A DNA stretch of 63,872 nt, filler included, from Octopus bimaculoides (lineage: Eukaryota): the NCBI RefSeq assembly GCF_001194135.2. It is 6 parts of 6 records of this genome, joined end to end, with 100 filler letters (N's around TTAATTAATTAA, not from the genome) between each part and the next. Parts side by side here need not be neighbours in the genome. Positions count along the whole stretch, not along the records: positions 36,507 to 41,330 come from NC_068983.1; positions 41,431 to 57,687 come from NC_069006.1; 4 more parts are not named here. One strand, given 5' to 3'. Positions within the stretch are counted from its first letter, which is position 1; each line of letters opens with the position of its first letter. The position numbers were made by a program, and so were the translations under genes. This document shows positions 37,597-50,233 of the stretch, piece after piece. Under the pieces are notes generated by a model. The model was not told where the DNA came from and did no database searches. It was given only the letters and a program-made list of their open reading frames with translations.

Positions 37597-38609
37597 GAAA
37601 ATGGTAGTGACAACTGATATATTCTTTCCAATTGTTTCGCTTTTCCTAATCCCAGTTTCTCTTTTTGAAAAAGGACTATTTAACGCTACTGAAAAAAGTG
37701 TTCATGCTAACGTAACCCCAAGCTTTGCTTTTATTATTTTTGTTGATTGGTTTCTAGTCGGCCCTGAGTGACCAGACATGGGATCCAAAGCATTCCAGTA
37801 CTGGTCATATTTTCTTTATTTTAGGTCAAGTATGCCTCGAACTAATGACTCCTCTCTACTTTATTTCGAAAACGATAGTCAGTTATTTGAGGGCGATTTG
37901 GCTATTATTTCTAGCAGGTTGAGCGATGATGTAAATGATCTCGAGTGTTGTCTCACAGTCCTAAGGGAATTTTATACTTTGTTCAAAGTTTGATCGTAGA
38001 CAGATGGCTTCGTGGTCAGCAAAATTCTTTTCCCAAAATCTTCATGCTCTAACTATGTGGCTAGCGTCAGATAACGACTTCTCTACACCACAGTAAATAA
38101 TATACAAGAATTAAAGGTAACCATAGAAAGTTATTTAATCACTTATTACTCAAAATGACAAAGATGTAGGATGGAAATAAAGAGTTTCTTTGTGTTTATT
38201 TTCTTAAGACTTCCTTTCAGATAAATCTTCAGTCCAAAATAGATTTGGTCCGATAGACAAATGTTATCAGCTGAAAGAACTACATCAGAAAGCGACAGTT
38301 TATTGCAGTTAGCATTGTGTACGGTACTGGCAGATTTCGTGACTAGTCAAACTCCATAAATATTTTCTAATAAAATCGATTAAAAGAACAGGGAAAAAAA
38401 ATTGTAACGACACTAAATTAGCATAATGCTTGATCTTTAGCTTATTGTTGTAGAGGCGTTACTATGACAGCAATGCAGAGGGATCAGTGTTGTAAAGACA
38501 TTCAACTGTGAGGGTAACGCGTGAGTTGAGAGAGAGAGAGAGAGAAGGAGAGAGAGATAAAATGAGAGAGGGAAAGAAAGAGAGGGAGAGAGAGATAAAA
38601 AGGGAGAGC

Positions 38610-38662
<53 letters not shown>

Positions 38663-38679
38663 TGTGTGTGTGTGTGTGT

Positions 38680-40075
38680 GTCTAATCATAATGTTCTGAT
38701 CTGCAGGTACCACTTTGTCAATGAAGAACCATTCTGGTCGATTATGTTGCAGCCTCTTATCTGTAGAAATTATAAATATCCTACGTGAGTTTCACTTATT
38801 CATTCTCTCCGACTGGCAAAAGTGTCTAGTCCGTACCCCCTGCACAATCCCTCTGTAGCGTAGCATTTTTACGGCGTTTCTGTACTCTTTCTGGGCCAGT
38901 TTTGAGAATCCACAAACCACATCTATGATTGTTTCTGATGAGTTTTCATAGTACTCCACACTGTGATGATTCTGTGTCTTGTCAGCGATGCACTTGATCG
39001 CATTAATTAGCAAAGCTTTTAATTAAGCAGTAAGAATCAAACCTTCTGTCTTTAAAAATCCATGTATAAGTCATCTCCAAGGTTCTTCATCCGCTAAATT
39101 TAATGTCTATTGGACAAACTTTCCATGTAGAACTTTCTCTTTCCAATAGTTGATTTTTTTTCTTCATAATTTCTCCTTTTGTTCTGTCTGGAGATTCTCT
39201 ACATCATCATTAATAACCTTTACTCTCAATGCAATCTGCAATATCCATTTATCTTCCTAAGATAGGAGTGCAATGATTTACTCTCTTATATTCCAATCAA
39301 CTCTTTTCATCTGCCCTTCCTTTGTAGATAAAGCCTTGTTACATTACTTCTAGTATGAAGGCATCCGTGCATGGCCATTATCTTTCTAATCTTCCTAATT
39401 CATACTGACCTGTTCTTCTTTTGTCCATCTCACAAGTCCCACACTGTAATGGATCACGCCTACAACCAAAATATTAATACCACTGATTAGCTGTCTATTC
39501 AGCTTGGATCTATATACAGCATCTTTACTCCTCTAAAGCACTCTCAAATGATCTTATCCTTCATATTCGTTTCATCGTCTGTTCTAAATATAAATTACCA
39601 AGGTATTTGTATCCTTCTCTGTCCACTGCTCTAATATACTTATCGTCTGGAAATATATTAATAAAAATTCCATTGTTGTTTACTTTTCTTCTTCTCATTT
39701 CGAGAACAACGCATTTATCTAGACCAAACGATATATTTGTATGTCTTGTGAAAAGAAGTGAGTTAATTTTAACACTGCTAACCTAGTAATGTTTCAGATC
39801 ACCCATGAACTGTAAGTGGTTAATTGGTCTCATGTTTTCTGTTGTCTGTTACTATGTCTCATGTTCTTCAAAACCAGTGTTTGTAGCATCATGATAATAA
39901 TAAACAGTAATAGTGATAATAAGTCACCCTGGAAGATTCCTCTCCTGAAGATCACTCCTTCCTGCTTTCAAAACCGCCTTGTAGTTCTTCATATTTTTGC
40001 TGATCAAATATATCATATTCTTAGCTGTACCAATCATCTTCAGGTATTTCTGAATCCTTGAATCAGGCGCCATGC
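38680..40075 (-). mobile_element. Degraded R4/Dong-type LINE (RT, Zn knuckle, RLE)
   Basis: QGDLLSLLLF, INHLQFMGDLK (YMDD motif), WKEKVLHGKF, ETIIDVVCGFSKLAQKEY, TDKRLQHNRP..IDK. Confidence 0.8.
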
Positions 40076-40904
40076 TTTATGCCTTCTAGTAATCAATTCG
40101 GGAATTAAGTTTGTCAATATTCATCGGTAAGTTCAAATTTACCTTATCTACAAGTATTATTTCAGATAAAAAAGTTGGGTCATATAATGTTTCGGACCGT
40201 TGTTTTAAATGTTAGATAGTAATAGTTAATCTTAGTGTTATAGAAACTTATTTTCTATTAGCCTTGGTATTATTAATGAACGATGTTAAACATGCTGGAA
40301 GTCATTCTTATTGTCAGATGCAGCTAATATTTCCTTCGATGTAAGTACAAATGTTAATATGAGTATATTTGTAATCTTAAGAGGTAAATAAATACAACCA
40401 CAATGCAGAGTATATATTACGAGGATGTCAATACATTGGGACTTTTACAGGTATTTTCAAAGTGAGGTTTCACAGTGTCGGAAGTTTCTCGAAGACATCA
40501 TATTGTGTTATGATCCCTGAGATAAATGGGAGCGGATATTATAATTGGAGGGTGAGAGGTATCATCATCGTCGTTGTCGTCATCATCATCATCAGCAGCA
40601 GCAGCAGCAGCGCCACCACCACCACCACCACCACTACCACCACCACCAACTCCGCCGTCGTCGTCGTCGTCATCATCATCATCATCATCACCGCCAAAGT
40701 CAACTTTGACTTTCATCCTTTCGGAGTCGATAAAATTAAGTACCAGTTGAACACTGGGGCCGATGTAATCACCTTAGCCCCTCTTCTGAAATTTCAGGCC
40801 TTGTGCCTATAGTAAAATGTATTATTATTATTGTTGTTGTTGTTGTTGTTGTTGTTGCTGTTGTTGTTGTTATTGTTGTTTTTGTTGTTGCTGTTATTTT
40901 TACT

Positions 40905-41297
40905 TTTAATTTGCATGTTTGTTACAGTCACTTGCCGAGACACACCCAGTGTTCTGGGGCGTGTGAAGGATAAGAGAAATTACAGTATGATTGAAAACTT
41001 GGCGAAATATCTTCATGTAATACAACACAGACATTTAAATGGATAGGTTTTTTTCTATGGATGTGGGCAGTACTTGTCAGTACAATCTTTTGGATTTCTC
41101 CGAGACATGATTCTCCTGGGATCTTGTCTAGATGTTTCTGATATCCCTTTTTTTAAAATCTAACCTAGGGCACCTACAATAGCAAGAAAAGTTCTCGTTT
41201 TAAGATGCCACATCTTTTGTATTTCAATTTCCATGTCTTTATATTTATTTAATTTGTCAAATTCCTTAACAAATATATTTTTATCAGTGGGAACTTA

Positions 41298-41300
<3 letters not shown>
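40905..41300 (-). mobile_element. R4/Dong-type LINE 3' end (RLE C-terminus and 3' UTR) between trinucleotide arrays
   Basis: VPTDKNIFVKEFDKLNKYKDMEIEIQKMWHLK...IVGALG...IQKIVLTSTAHI. (ATT)n from 41300 on the 5' side; (TTG)/(ATT) array at 40820-40900 on the 3' side. Confidence 0.85.
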
Positions 41301-41330
<30 letters not shown>

Positions 41331-41509
41331 NNNNNNNNNNNNNNNNNNNNNNNNNNNNNNNNNNNNNNNNNNNNTTAATTAATTAANNNNNNNNNNNNNN
41401 NNNNNNNNNNNNNNNNNNNNNNNNNNNNNNGAATCAGTCTGTATCTGTCAGTGAGAACCAGCAAGAGCCATTTACCAGAATTACCATCGTTGTATCATGT
41501 AACAAACTC

Positions 41510-41548
<39 letters not shown>

Positions 41549-41857
41549 GGAAGGAGTAAGAGGGAAGGGATGAAAAGGCTGGTAGACAGAGAGAGGGGGA
41601 GGAGGAATGAGAGAAAGAGAGAGAGGAGAGGGAGACTGTTTGAAGAATTAGCCAAGCTAGAGATCATTCCACCTAACAAAGAATCTGTCCAATAACTGAA
41701 TGGATATTACCAAAGGGAGAACACATCCAGCATAGATGGGAAGGAGATTAATACACACACACACACACACACACACACAAGTGTAAGCATACATGTGTGT
41801 ATATGTAGAAATGCATGTGTGTGTGTGTGTGTGTATTAATTATACATATACATATAC

Positions 41858-42060
41858 TCTCTTTTACTTGTTTCAGTCATTTGACTGTGGCCACGCTGGA
41901 GCACCGCCTTTAGTCGAACAAATCGACCCCGGGACTTATTCTTTGTAAGCCTAGTACTTATTCTATCGGCCTCTTTTGCCGAACCACTAAGTTACGGGGA
42001 CATAGACACACCAGCATCAGTTGTCAAGCAATGCTCGGGGGGACAAACACAGACACACAA

Positions 42061-42101
<41 letters not shown>

Positions 42102-42264
42102 CGACAGGCTTCTTTCAGTTTCTGTCTACCAAATCCGCTCACAAGGCTTTGGTCGGCCCGTGGCTATAGTAGAAGACACTTGCCCAAGGTGCCACGCAGT
42201 GGGACTGAACCCGGAACCATGTGGTTGGTAAGCAAGCTACTTACCACACAGCCACTCCTGCGCC
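41858..42264 (-). mobile_element. tRNA-derived SINE, family A, full length with an internal (TA)/(TG) microsatellite
   Basis: Head GGCGCAGGAGTGGCTGTGTGGTAAG..GGTTCAGTCCC, core gatttggtagacagaaactgaaagaagcc, tail gaaacaagtaaaagagag. Other copies: 12570-13205(-), 36560-36800(+), 47207-47369(+), 51208-51635(+), 56088-56450(+), 57236-57530, 61430-61840(-). Confidence 0.9.
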
Positions 42265-42403
42265 TATACATGTAGTTATGTATACATAACTATATGTATA
42301 TGCAAGTGTGTATATGTATATCATCATCATCATCATCATTTAACATCCATTTTCCATGTTGGCATGGGTTGGACAGTTTCACAGGATCCAGTGAGCTGCA
42401 GAG

Positions 42404-42405
<2 letters not shown>

Positions 42406-42442
<37 letters not shown>

Positions 42443-42850
42443 CTAAGAATTTCGTTTCTCATCCATGTGGCTTCAGGTCACCACCACATGGCACCCTGGA
42501 CAAATATCTTCCTTCTATTGTAGTCCTTAGCCAACCAATGCCTTGTGAATTGGTAGATGGAAACTGAAAGAAGCCTGTTGAGTGTGTGTGTGTGTGTGTT
42601 TCAATGGTTGCATCTGGCACTGAGCAATGGCTACAAACAGTAACATTACAGTATGTGTCTTGACAGCAACAGGTAACAGTTTTCAAGGTGTTGCTCCAGC
42701 ATGGCCACAATAAGTAGCTGTGGGCATGCTGGTGCAACACCTCAACTTTAGCACTCATACTATTGACCAAGGACTACAATAGAAGGAAGACATTTGCCCA
42801 GGGTACCATGTAGTGGTGACCTGAAGCCACATGAGAAACGAAATTCTTAG

Positions 42851-42908
<58 letters not shown>
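42406..42908. repeat. Long inverted repeat made of two SINE-A-derived heads plus flanking (CA)n/(TG)n
   Basis: Arms 42441-42534 and 42763-42852 are reverse complements (a handful of transitions and one 3-nt indel) and share a non-consensus start ggctaagaatttcgtttctcat. Confidence 0.85.
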
Positions 42909-42912
<4 letters not shown>

Positions 42913-43129
42913 ATGTGCATCTGTATCTGTCCCCCATTTTACTTGACAACTGGTGTTGGTTTATTTATGTCCCCATAACTTAATAGTTCAGCACAAGAGA
43001 CTGATGAAACAGATGTCAAACTTTAAAAGTACTGGGATCAACCTTAGCATGGCTGCAGTCCAATGACTGAAACCAGCAGAAGATAAAAGGTATTAAAACA
43101 GTTAAACAACACAGGCGACATTCCGTGCT

Positions 43130-43580
43130 TGAGGAAACCTATTGAGTCAAGTGAATCAAAATCAAACCAAATCACAATCAAATGGAAATTGTAGCTGTGG
43201 CTGTTACCAGTGCTGGTGGCATGTGATAAGCACCATTCATTCATGCATGGGTCACTGCCAGAGCTGCCTGACTGGCTCCCCATGCCAGTGACACGTAAAA
43301 AGCACCATCCAAACGTGGTCAATGCCATGCCCCCTCCCCTGCCCCAACTGTCTTCTGTGCCAGTGGCATGTAAAAAGCACCATTACTGGCTCCCATGCTG
43401 GTGGAATGTAAACACCACCCACTACACTCTCAGAGTGGTTGGCGTTAGGAAGGGCATCCAGCTATAGAAACATTGCCAGATCAGATTGGAGCCTGGTGCA
43501 GCCTCCTGGCTTACCAGTCTCCAGTCAAACCATCCAATCCATGCCAGCATGGAAAAGGGACGTTAAATGATGATGATGAT
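43130..43580 (+). mobile_element. RTE LINE 3' end with (TGA)n tail
   Basis: Four copies of a gtggcaygtaaaaagcacca-like motif, then gtggttggcgttaggaagggcatccag...ggacgttaaatgatgatgatgat. Confidence 0.8.
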
Positions 43581-43798
43581 TTGAAAAAAGGAAAAGAATG
43601 ACTTCACTGGTAGTTCTAATTAGTTCAATTTATTATTTTTAAATGGTATAAATTTTAGTTCATAGATCTAGTAAGTTTCTAGTAAGATCTAGAACTTACT
43701 AGATCTATGAACTAAAATTTATATTATTTAAAAATTAAAAAACAATAAATTAAACTGATTAGAGCTACTAGTGAAGTCATTCTTTTTCTTTTTTCAAA
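43580..43798. repeat. 219-bp AT-rich near-perfect palindrome (foldback/MITE-like)
   Basis: Arms of about 105 bp (tttgaaaaaaggaaaagaatgacttcact... / ...agtgaagtcattctttttctttttcaaa) around a 6-nt spacer at 43683-43688. Confidence 0.9.
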
Positions 43799-43829
43799 TA
43801 TACCCAACTGTACCAAGGACCTCACACAT

Positions 43830-44040
43830 TTTCCAACACCATGATAGATCGCTGACCACTACATTTATATATTTTTTTCTCCTTGTTTCTCTCCTTATTT
43901 CTTTCTGTGTTCCTTTCAGTTGAAGAGCGTAGGCTCGAAACGTCAAAGACTTTCTCTATTCCCGAGCGTTAAACTAATACATCCATTTGTTGTTTTCACC
44001 ACCTGTCTTCGTCTGTTGTTTTTTTCATAAATTCTCCCAT
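43830..44040 (+). mobile_element. Penelope-like element terminal repeat with a hammerhead-like motif
   Basis: ttgaagagcgtaggctcgaaacgtc (43920-43944) in a T/C-rich tract, the arrangement typical of PLE terminal repeats. No PLE ORF seen. Confidence 0.6.
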
Positions 44041-44619
44041 ATATATATATATATAGATATAAAGTTCACAGATGCGATCCAAAGAGTCTCTATATAGAAG
44101 ACACTTAAGATTTAAGTGTCAAAAGATTTAAACTTTAAATGTCTTTACAGGGGATTGATTCCACAGGGTAAAAAGAGGCTGTAAGAGGGGATCAAGTTGA
44201 GCAGGTATAGAGGTAATTATGCAGATAAACAAATTAGACACATCAGCTATATTAGTTTGGGCATGAAATACAATATATATATATAATTCAATAATAGGAT
44301 TGTCTTTGTAAGAATTTATCAAGTAGTTAGCATGAAAAAAACCTCATAAGAGAAAAATCCATCATTTATTCACTATAAATATTTTTATGTATTTTTATTT
44401 TTATTTTTATGTGTCTTGACCCTACGTGTACTGATGAGTAAAGGGTGCATATTACTGCATTAATTACGAAATCATGATCTACCATTCAGTCAGTTTTTAG
44501 GGGGTTAGCTTTGAGAGTTGCATTCCCTCGCGTTCGGTAAAATTGTGTTTATTACAGTAGTTTGACTTTAGAGTCCCTCTTAGCGTGAGGCATTTATGTA
44601 TAGTAATGCCCTTATATAA

Positions 44620-44661
<42 letters not shown>

Positions 44662-44900
44662 GCAAAATGAGAGACAGCAAAAGGTGGAGACTTTCAGAGG
44701 ATGAATTTTTAGATATTTATAGGTGACCAACACAATGTACATGTACAAGCCATCAAATTTGTACAGCATGTTCAAAGACTTTGCATGACTGATGGAAGAA
44801 AAAGAAACCTTTTTCCTCAATGCTTCTTGCAGTGGCAATAATTTGAAGGGAGACCAAAGATCCCCTTACAGACCTACAATTTTTGTAAAGTGAATATTAA

Positions 44901-45070
44901 CCCCTTAGCAGTTAAACCTGCAATATCTGGCCCAAATATTCTACCTGCTTTGTGCTAAAACAGGACAAATATTGCACACCTACCCTATAATATCATTCTA
45001 AAAATAAACAATTGTATTATTAAGATCTTTAAGCTACAAGATAACACATAGTTATTTCAAAACAATATGG
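44901..45070. mobile_element. TTAA-flanked MITE, partial; a second copy (45970-46095 plus 46863-46905) is split by a mariner insertion
   Basis: ttaa|ccccttagc start. Shares caaatattctacctgcttt...cacacctaccctataatatcattctaaaaataaacaat with 45980-46090. Confidence 0.6.
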
Positions 45071-45169
45071 ATACGGTGCAGGTGTGTCTGTGTGACTGTC
45101 CAGTCAGTTGTAACATATTGTCAAAGTTCAAACAGCCACACCTGATCACACAATTCTGGACAATCGCTG

Positions 45170-45910
45170 AACAGAAGAGAGTATAAGATATATCTCTTTT
45201 CACACAAGGAGATTTGAACAACCTTGTGAAGGATTAGGAACAAATGAAAATTAAAGTAGCAGCACCTCACAACTCAGTTGTAAGAAAGACATTTACTTGA
45301 AGAAAACGTGACAATGAGTCACAACAGAAAACAACATTTTGGTTTAGCAGTTTATTTCAGAGAGTATAATCTGCTTTGTTATATTGGTCATAACATTAAT
45401 GGCCTTAGGGTGAGGTTATCTAAAAGCTATGTTGCAAGTGAATGCTGACTTTTTATTGCATCACTGCTGCAAAAGTTCAAAAGTTATTTTATTGCATGGT
45501 GAAACTGTACAACCATTTCTTGCCATCTCAATGAATTTTAAAGAATCTTAGGTTAACAGAGAGATTCTTTTTTAATGCACTTCAGATACAATCATCAGCA
45601 ATTGAATCTATGCAAAGATCTTAAAGTAATTGCTCTATTAGTGGACATGCACTCACGCTTTCTGTGACTGTGGGACAGTCTGCTATTACAGAGAGTTATT
45701 ATACTGGAAGAGAATGGCCAAAGAAGACCTTCATAAATTCCTCAAAGAAATAACATTTAATCAGTTCCTTTAGTTGGTTTGAATAAAATATTTTTCTCAA
45801 TCTTCACATTACCCTTGGTTTAACGAGATTTTTGATAAGGCCATGTATAAAAACTCAATTTGTGAGAATTTTAGTTTCTCTGAGAAATATTTCCAAAATC
45901 AAATGTTATA
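45170..45910 (+). mobile_element. Second, heavily degraded Chapaev3-type transposase relic
   Basis: FTQGDLNNLVKD, LLHGE, CKDLKVIALL, NLHITLGL...IKAM, in the same order as in 23010-24811. No TIRs found. Confidence 0.6.
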
Positions 45911-46095
45911 AAAAAAAAAAAAGAGGAGGAAGGGGTTTTTTGTAAGATTTCACATCCAAGAAGTATTCTAAAGGGTTCAACTAGCCATATCCAGCTCAAA
46001 TATTCTATCTGCTTTATGTGTAAACTGGCCAGATTAGGCCTCTCACACCTATCCTACAATGTCATTCTAAAAATGAACAATCACATCATCAAACT

Positions 46096-46862
46096 CTGCT
46101 GTGCATGCATACTAAGTTTTAACGTTCTACAACAGTGCTTGGAAGGAAGGTGTGTAGCATGTGATCGTTGTATTGACCAATACAGTGAAAGTTGAGTAGA
46201 GAATCTGCATCAAATTTTGCCAAAAGCTTGGTGATACTTGCTCAGAGGCTTATGAAAAGTTTTCAAAAAGTTTTCATTGTTCTTGACACAAATAGATCTT
46301 GTGCAACTGAAACCCGACTGAAGGCAGTTTTGGCACAATCTTGGCAGACATGTGTCTCATACCCAAATCTTCAGTGATAATGGACTGAACTGAACCATAA
46401 CTAATCTGCACATCCTCTGATAACTCACGGATGGGGATTCAATGATTTCCCCTCACAGCTGCACGCACATCCGCGATGTTTTTCTCAGTTCCGCTAGTTG
46501 CGGGTCTCCCAGAATGTTTGTCAATACTGACATTTTTTCAGCCATTTTGGAAACATCTGAGCCACTCGTACACTTGTGTGTGGCTCATACACTCCTCTCC
46601 ATACACTTTCTGCAACATTGCACTGGCCTCCGAGCAGGTATCGCCATGACAACTTTCTCTGTCATAGTCAATGCAATGATCACGTGCTACACACCTTCCT
46701 TCCAAGCACTGCTGTAAACAGCAAAAGTGAGCTAGAATGTTAAAACTTAGTGTGCATGCACTGCAGATTTCATGGTCAATCTGTGTCAAGCAGCTTCACT
46801 CTGCGTGCATTAGCTTTGTTACTATAGCAACAGTCTGGATACTTATTGATCAAACCTCACAT
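46096..46862 (-). mobile_element. Non-autonomous mariner derivative with an inverted 5' duplication (copy 2)
   Basis: Colinear with 6742-7427, with the same internal junction (...gaggcttatgaaaagt|tttcaaaaagttttcattg at ~46261). Left arm ~165 bp is the inverted 5' region. Confidence 0.85.
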
Positions 46863-48299
46863 GTGAATAAATAAACTTTACAATTCACAGAGTAATCTGA
46901 ATGCTACAGACTGAAACACAACTAGTACCTCAACTAAAAGCACCATCACCACCAATACTATTTGGAATAGTATGACCACTACTTCTACAGCCACCACTGC
47001 AATTCCTTCAACCACTACATCATCATCTCATCTCATCATCATCATCATCAACACACCAATTTTTATGTCCTCTACATCAATGCTTCTCAAACTATCTGAT
47101 GTGGCACACCGGCAGTTTTTTTCTTTTTCCAATGTACCAGGGACCGGTAACATTTCTTAGTAATATTAATTTATATCGGAAACAATATATATATATATAT
47201 ATAATAGGCGTAGGAGTGGCTGTGTGGTAAGTAGCTTGCTTACCAACCACATGGTTCCGGGTTCAGTCCCACTGCGTGGCACCTTGGGCAAGTGTCTTCT
47301 ACTAGAGCCCCGGGCCGACCAAAGCTTCGTGAGTGGATTTGGTAGACGGAAACTGAAAGAAGCCCATCGTATATATATATATATATATATATATATATNN
47401 NNNNNNNNNNNNNNNNNNNNNNNNNNNNNNNNNNNNNNNNNNNNNNNNNNNNNNNNNNNNNNNNNNNNNNNNNNNNNNNNNNNNNNNNNNNNNNNNNNNN
47501 NNNNNNNNNNNNNNNNNNNNNNNNNNNNNNNNNNNNNNNNNNNNNNNNNNNNNNNNNNNNNNNNNNNNNNNNNNNNNNNNNNNNNNNNNNNNNNNNNNNN
47601 NNNNNNNNNNNNNNNNNNNNNNNNNNNNNNNNNNNNNNNNNNNNNNNNNNNNNNNNNNNNNNNNNNNNNNNNNNNNNNNNNNNNNNNNNNNNNNNNNNNN
47701 NNNNNNNNNNNNNNNNNNNNNNNNNNNNNNNNNNNNNNNNNNNNNNNNNNNNNNNNNNNNNNNNNNNNNNNNNNNNNNNNNNNNNNNNNNNNNNNNNNNN
47801 NNNNNNNNNNNNNNNNNNNNNNNNNNNNNNGGAACAGCCTGCTCGTGAAATTAACGTGCAAGTGGCTGAACACTCCACAGACACGTGTACCCTTAACATA
47901 GTTCTCGGGGAGATTCAGCATGACACAGAGTGCGACAAGGCTGACCCTTTGAATTACAGGCACAACAGAAACAGAAAGAAAGAGTGAGAGAAAGTTGTGG
48001 TGAAAGAGTACAGCAGGGTTCGCCACCATCCCCTGCCGGAGCCTCATGGAGCTTTAGGTGTTTTTGCTCAATAATCACTCACAACACCCGGTCTGGGAAT
48101 CGAAATCGCGATCCTATGTCCGCGAGTCCGCTGCACTAACCACTGGGCCATTGCGCCTCCGCAATTTTATAATCTTAATCTTTATTAATGTAAAAGGTGA
48201 ACCTGCTTCTTCTTTGCCAGTTTATCTGCTGTTGTTTCTTTCTTATTTTAGAAACTCGCCGTGTACCGCCACCAGTCCATGGACCACCATTTTGAGTAG

Positions 48300-48878
48300 C
48301 ACTGCTCTACATCATAATTCTTGTAACTACCACCACCGCCACCACAACAGCTGCGACTACAATTACTACTACAGCTACTGTTATCAGTTTATCCAATTAC
48401 CCTTCATCACCATCACCACAACATCAGATCTGTCGCTAAACAGTCCACAAAACTACTACTACTAACGGTACCAATAGCCACCACCATAACCAACAAAATT
48501 CTTGTAGACAACTACAACTCTACCACCACAAATACCACTACAACAACCACCACCACCACAACTACCACTACTATCACACCAACACCATCAAAATTCTTAG
48601 TCACTACAACCACCACTATTCCCATCACAACTATCACCAACACTACTACTACTACTACTACTACCACCACAACTACCACTACAACTAGAACTATCACCGC
48701 CACCACTACAACCACCACCGCCACAACTATCACTGCGGTTGCCAACATCACCTCATTTCCTAGTCACAACAACCACCACTAACTGCTACTATTACCAAAG
48801 CTACCACTACAACCAGCACCACCACCACCACTACCACCACAACTATCACCAACACCTCTGTAATTTCTTACAGTACTT

Positions 48879-48912
<34 letters not shown>

Positions 48913-50167
48913 AATCCCTACAGACAACTACAGCCAACCACCACCACTACTACAACTTCTGCCAACACGTTTCTCACAGCCACAACTAACACCTCCACCA
49001 ACACAATTCCTACACTCAGCACCACTACAACTACTACCACCAATACTACCACAACTACTACTACTAACAAGTTTTTCTTTTGTTTTTTAAGTATCTTTTT
49101 ACAATAGATTTTATTGAATATCGTATTTGGTTTTCTGATGGAGAAAACGGATCAACAACGACAAAGAAACAACAGCAACAACAACAACAAAAAAATAAAT
49201 AACAACAATAACAAAGACAACAACAAAAACAATAATAATGATAATAATGATGAGGATGATGGTGGTTTAATTTGTCAGCAGGGCAATGGATGAGAGGAAC
49301 AACACAGAGATGGACACAAAGTGTGGGGTGTTTGCATGGAACGGTTAAGTTAAGAGAAAATAAACAACAACAATAATAATAATAATAATAACAATAATAA
49401 TAATAATTATCATCATAATCATTATGATGATGATAATGGTGATGATGATGATGATCAAGATGAGGATGATGATGATGATGATGATGATGAGGATGATGAT
49501 GATGATGATGATGAGGATGATGAGGATGATGATGATCAGGATGAGGATGAGGATGAGGATGATGATGATGATGATGATGATGAGGATGAGGATGATGAGG
49601 ATGATGACGACCAGGAGGATGATGATGATCAGGACGACATATATCATTATTCCACCTGTGTGGAACTTCTCTGGATTTCTTTTGGATTTTTTTTTTCGGT
49701 TTTTGCAGTGAAAGGAAAGAAGAGAGAAGGATATTCTAGGGAGAGAATAAACGAATAAATAAATAATGCTCAACAATAACAACAGCAACAACAATAATAT
49801 CGTGGATTATGAGAGGGGAGGAGAAGCAGGAAGAGGCGGAAACAATAATGTAAAGGTCTTTTGGCATTCAGGAATGGTGAAAGCAATAAATACTGCTCTA
49901 CATTATTAAAAGGATGGAAGTAAGAGAGGTGTGGGTAAGGATGGAAGAGAAGGGATGGGGGGAGGAGGGAGGAGGGAGAGAGAAAGGGTGGGGGTGGGGG
50001 NNNNNNNNNNNNNNNNNNNNNNNNNNNNNNNNNNNNNNNNNNNNNNNNNNNNNNNNNNNNNNNNNNNNNNNNNNNNNNNNNNNNNNNNNNNNNNNNATTG
50101 GCAGATAAATAGTATGGAGAAAGGGAGAGAGAGAGAGGGGAGTAGATTGACATGAATAAATAGTGTG

Positions 50168-50233
<66 letters not shown>

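Noticed and set aside
40100-40340. Plus-strand microexon-like signals (23 nt at ~40306-40328)
   Set aside because: Good splice words but no way to link them into a frame; such signals are frequent in AT-rich DNA.
48081-48160. tRNA-like sequence with A and B boxes (also 22920-22993, 47207-47280)
   Set aside because: These are SINE heads continuing into SINE bodies; no proper acceptor stem or Pol III terminator.
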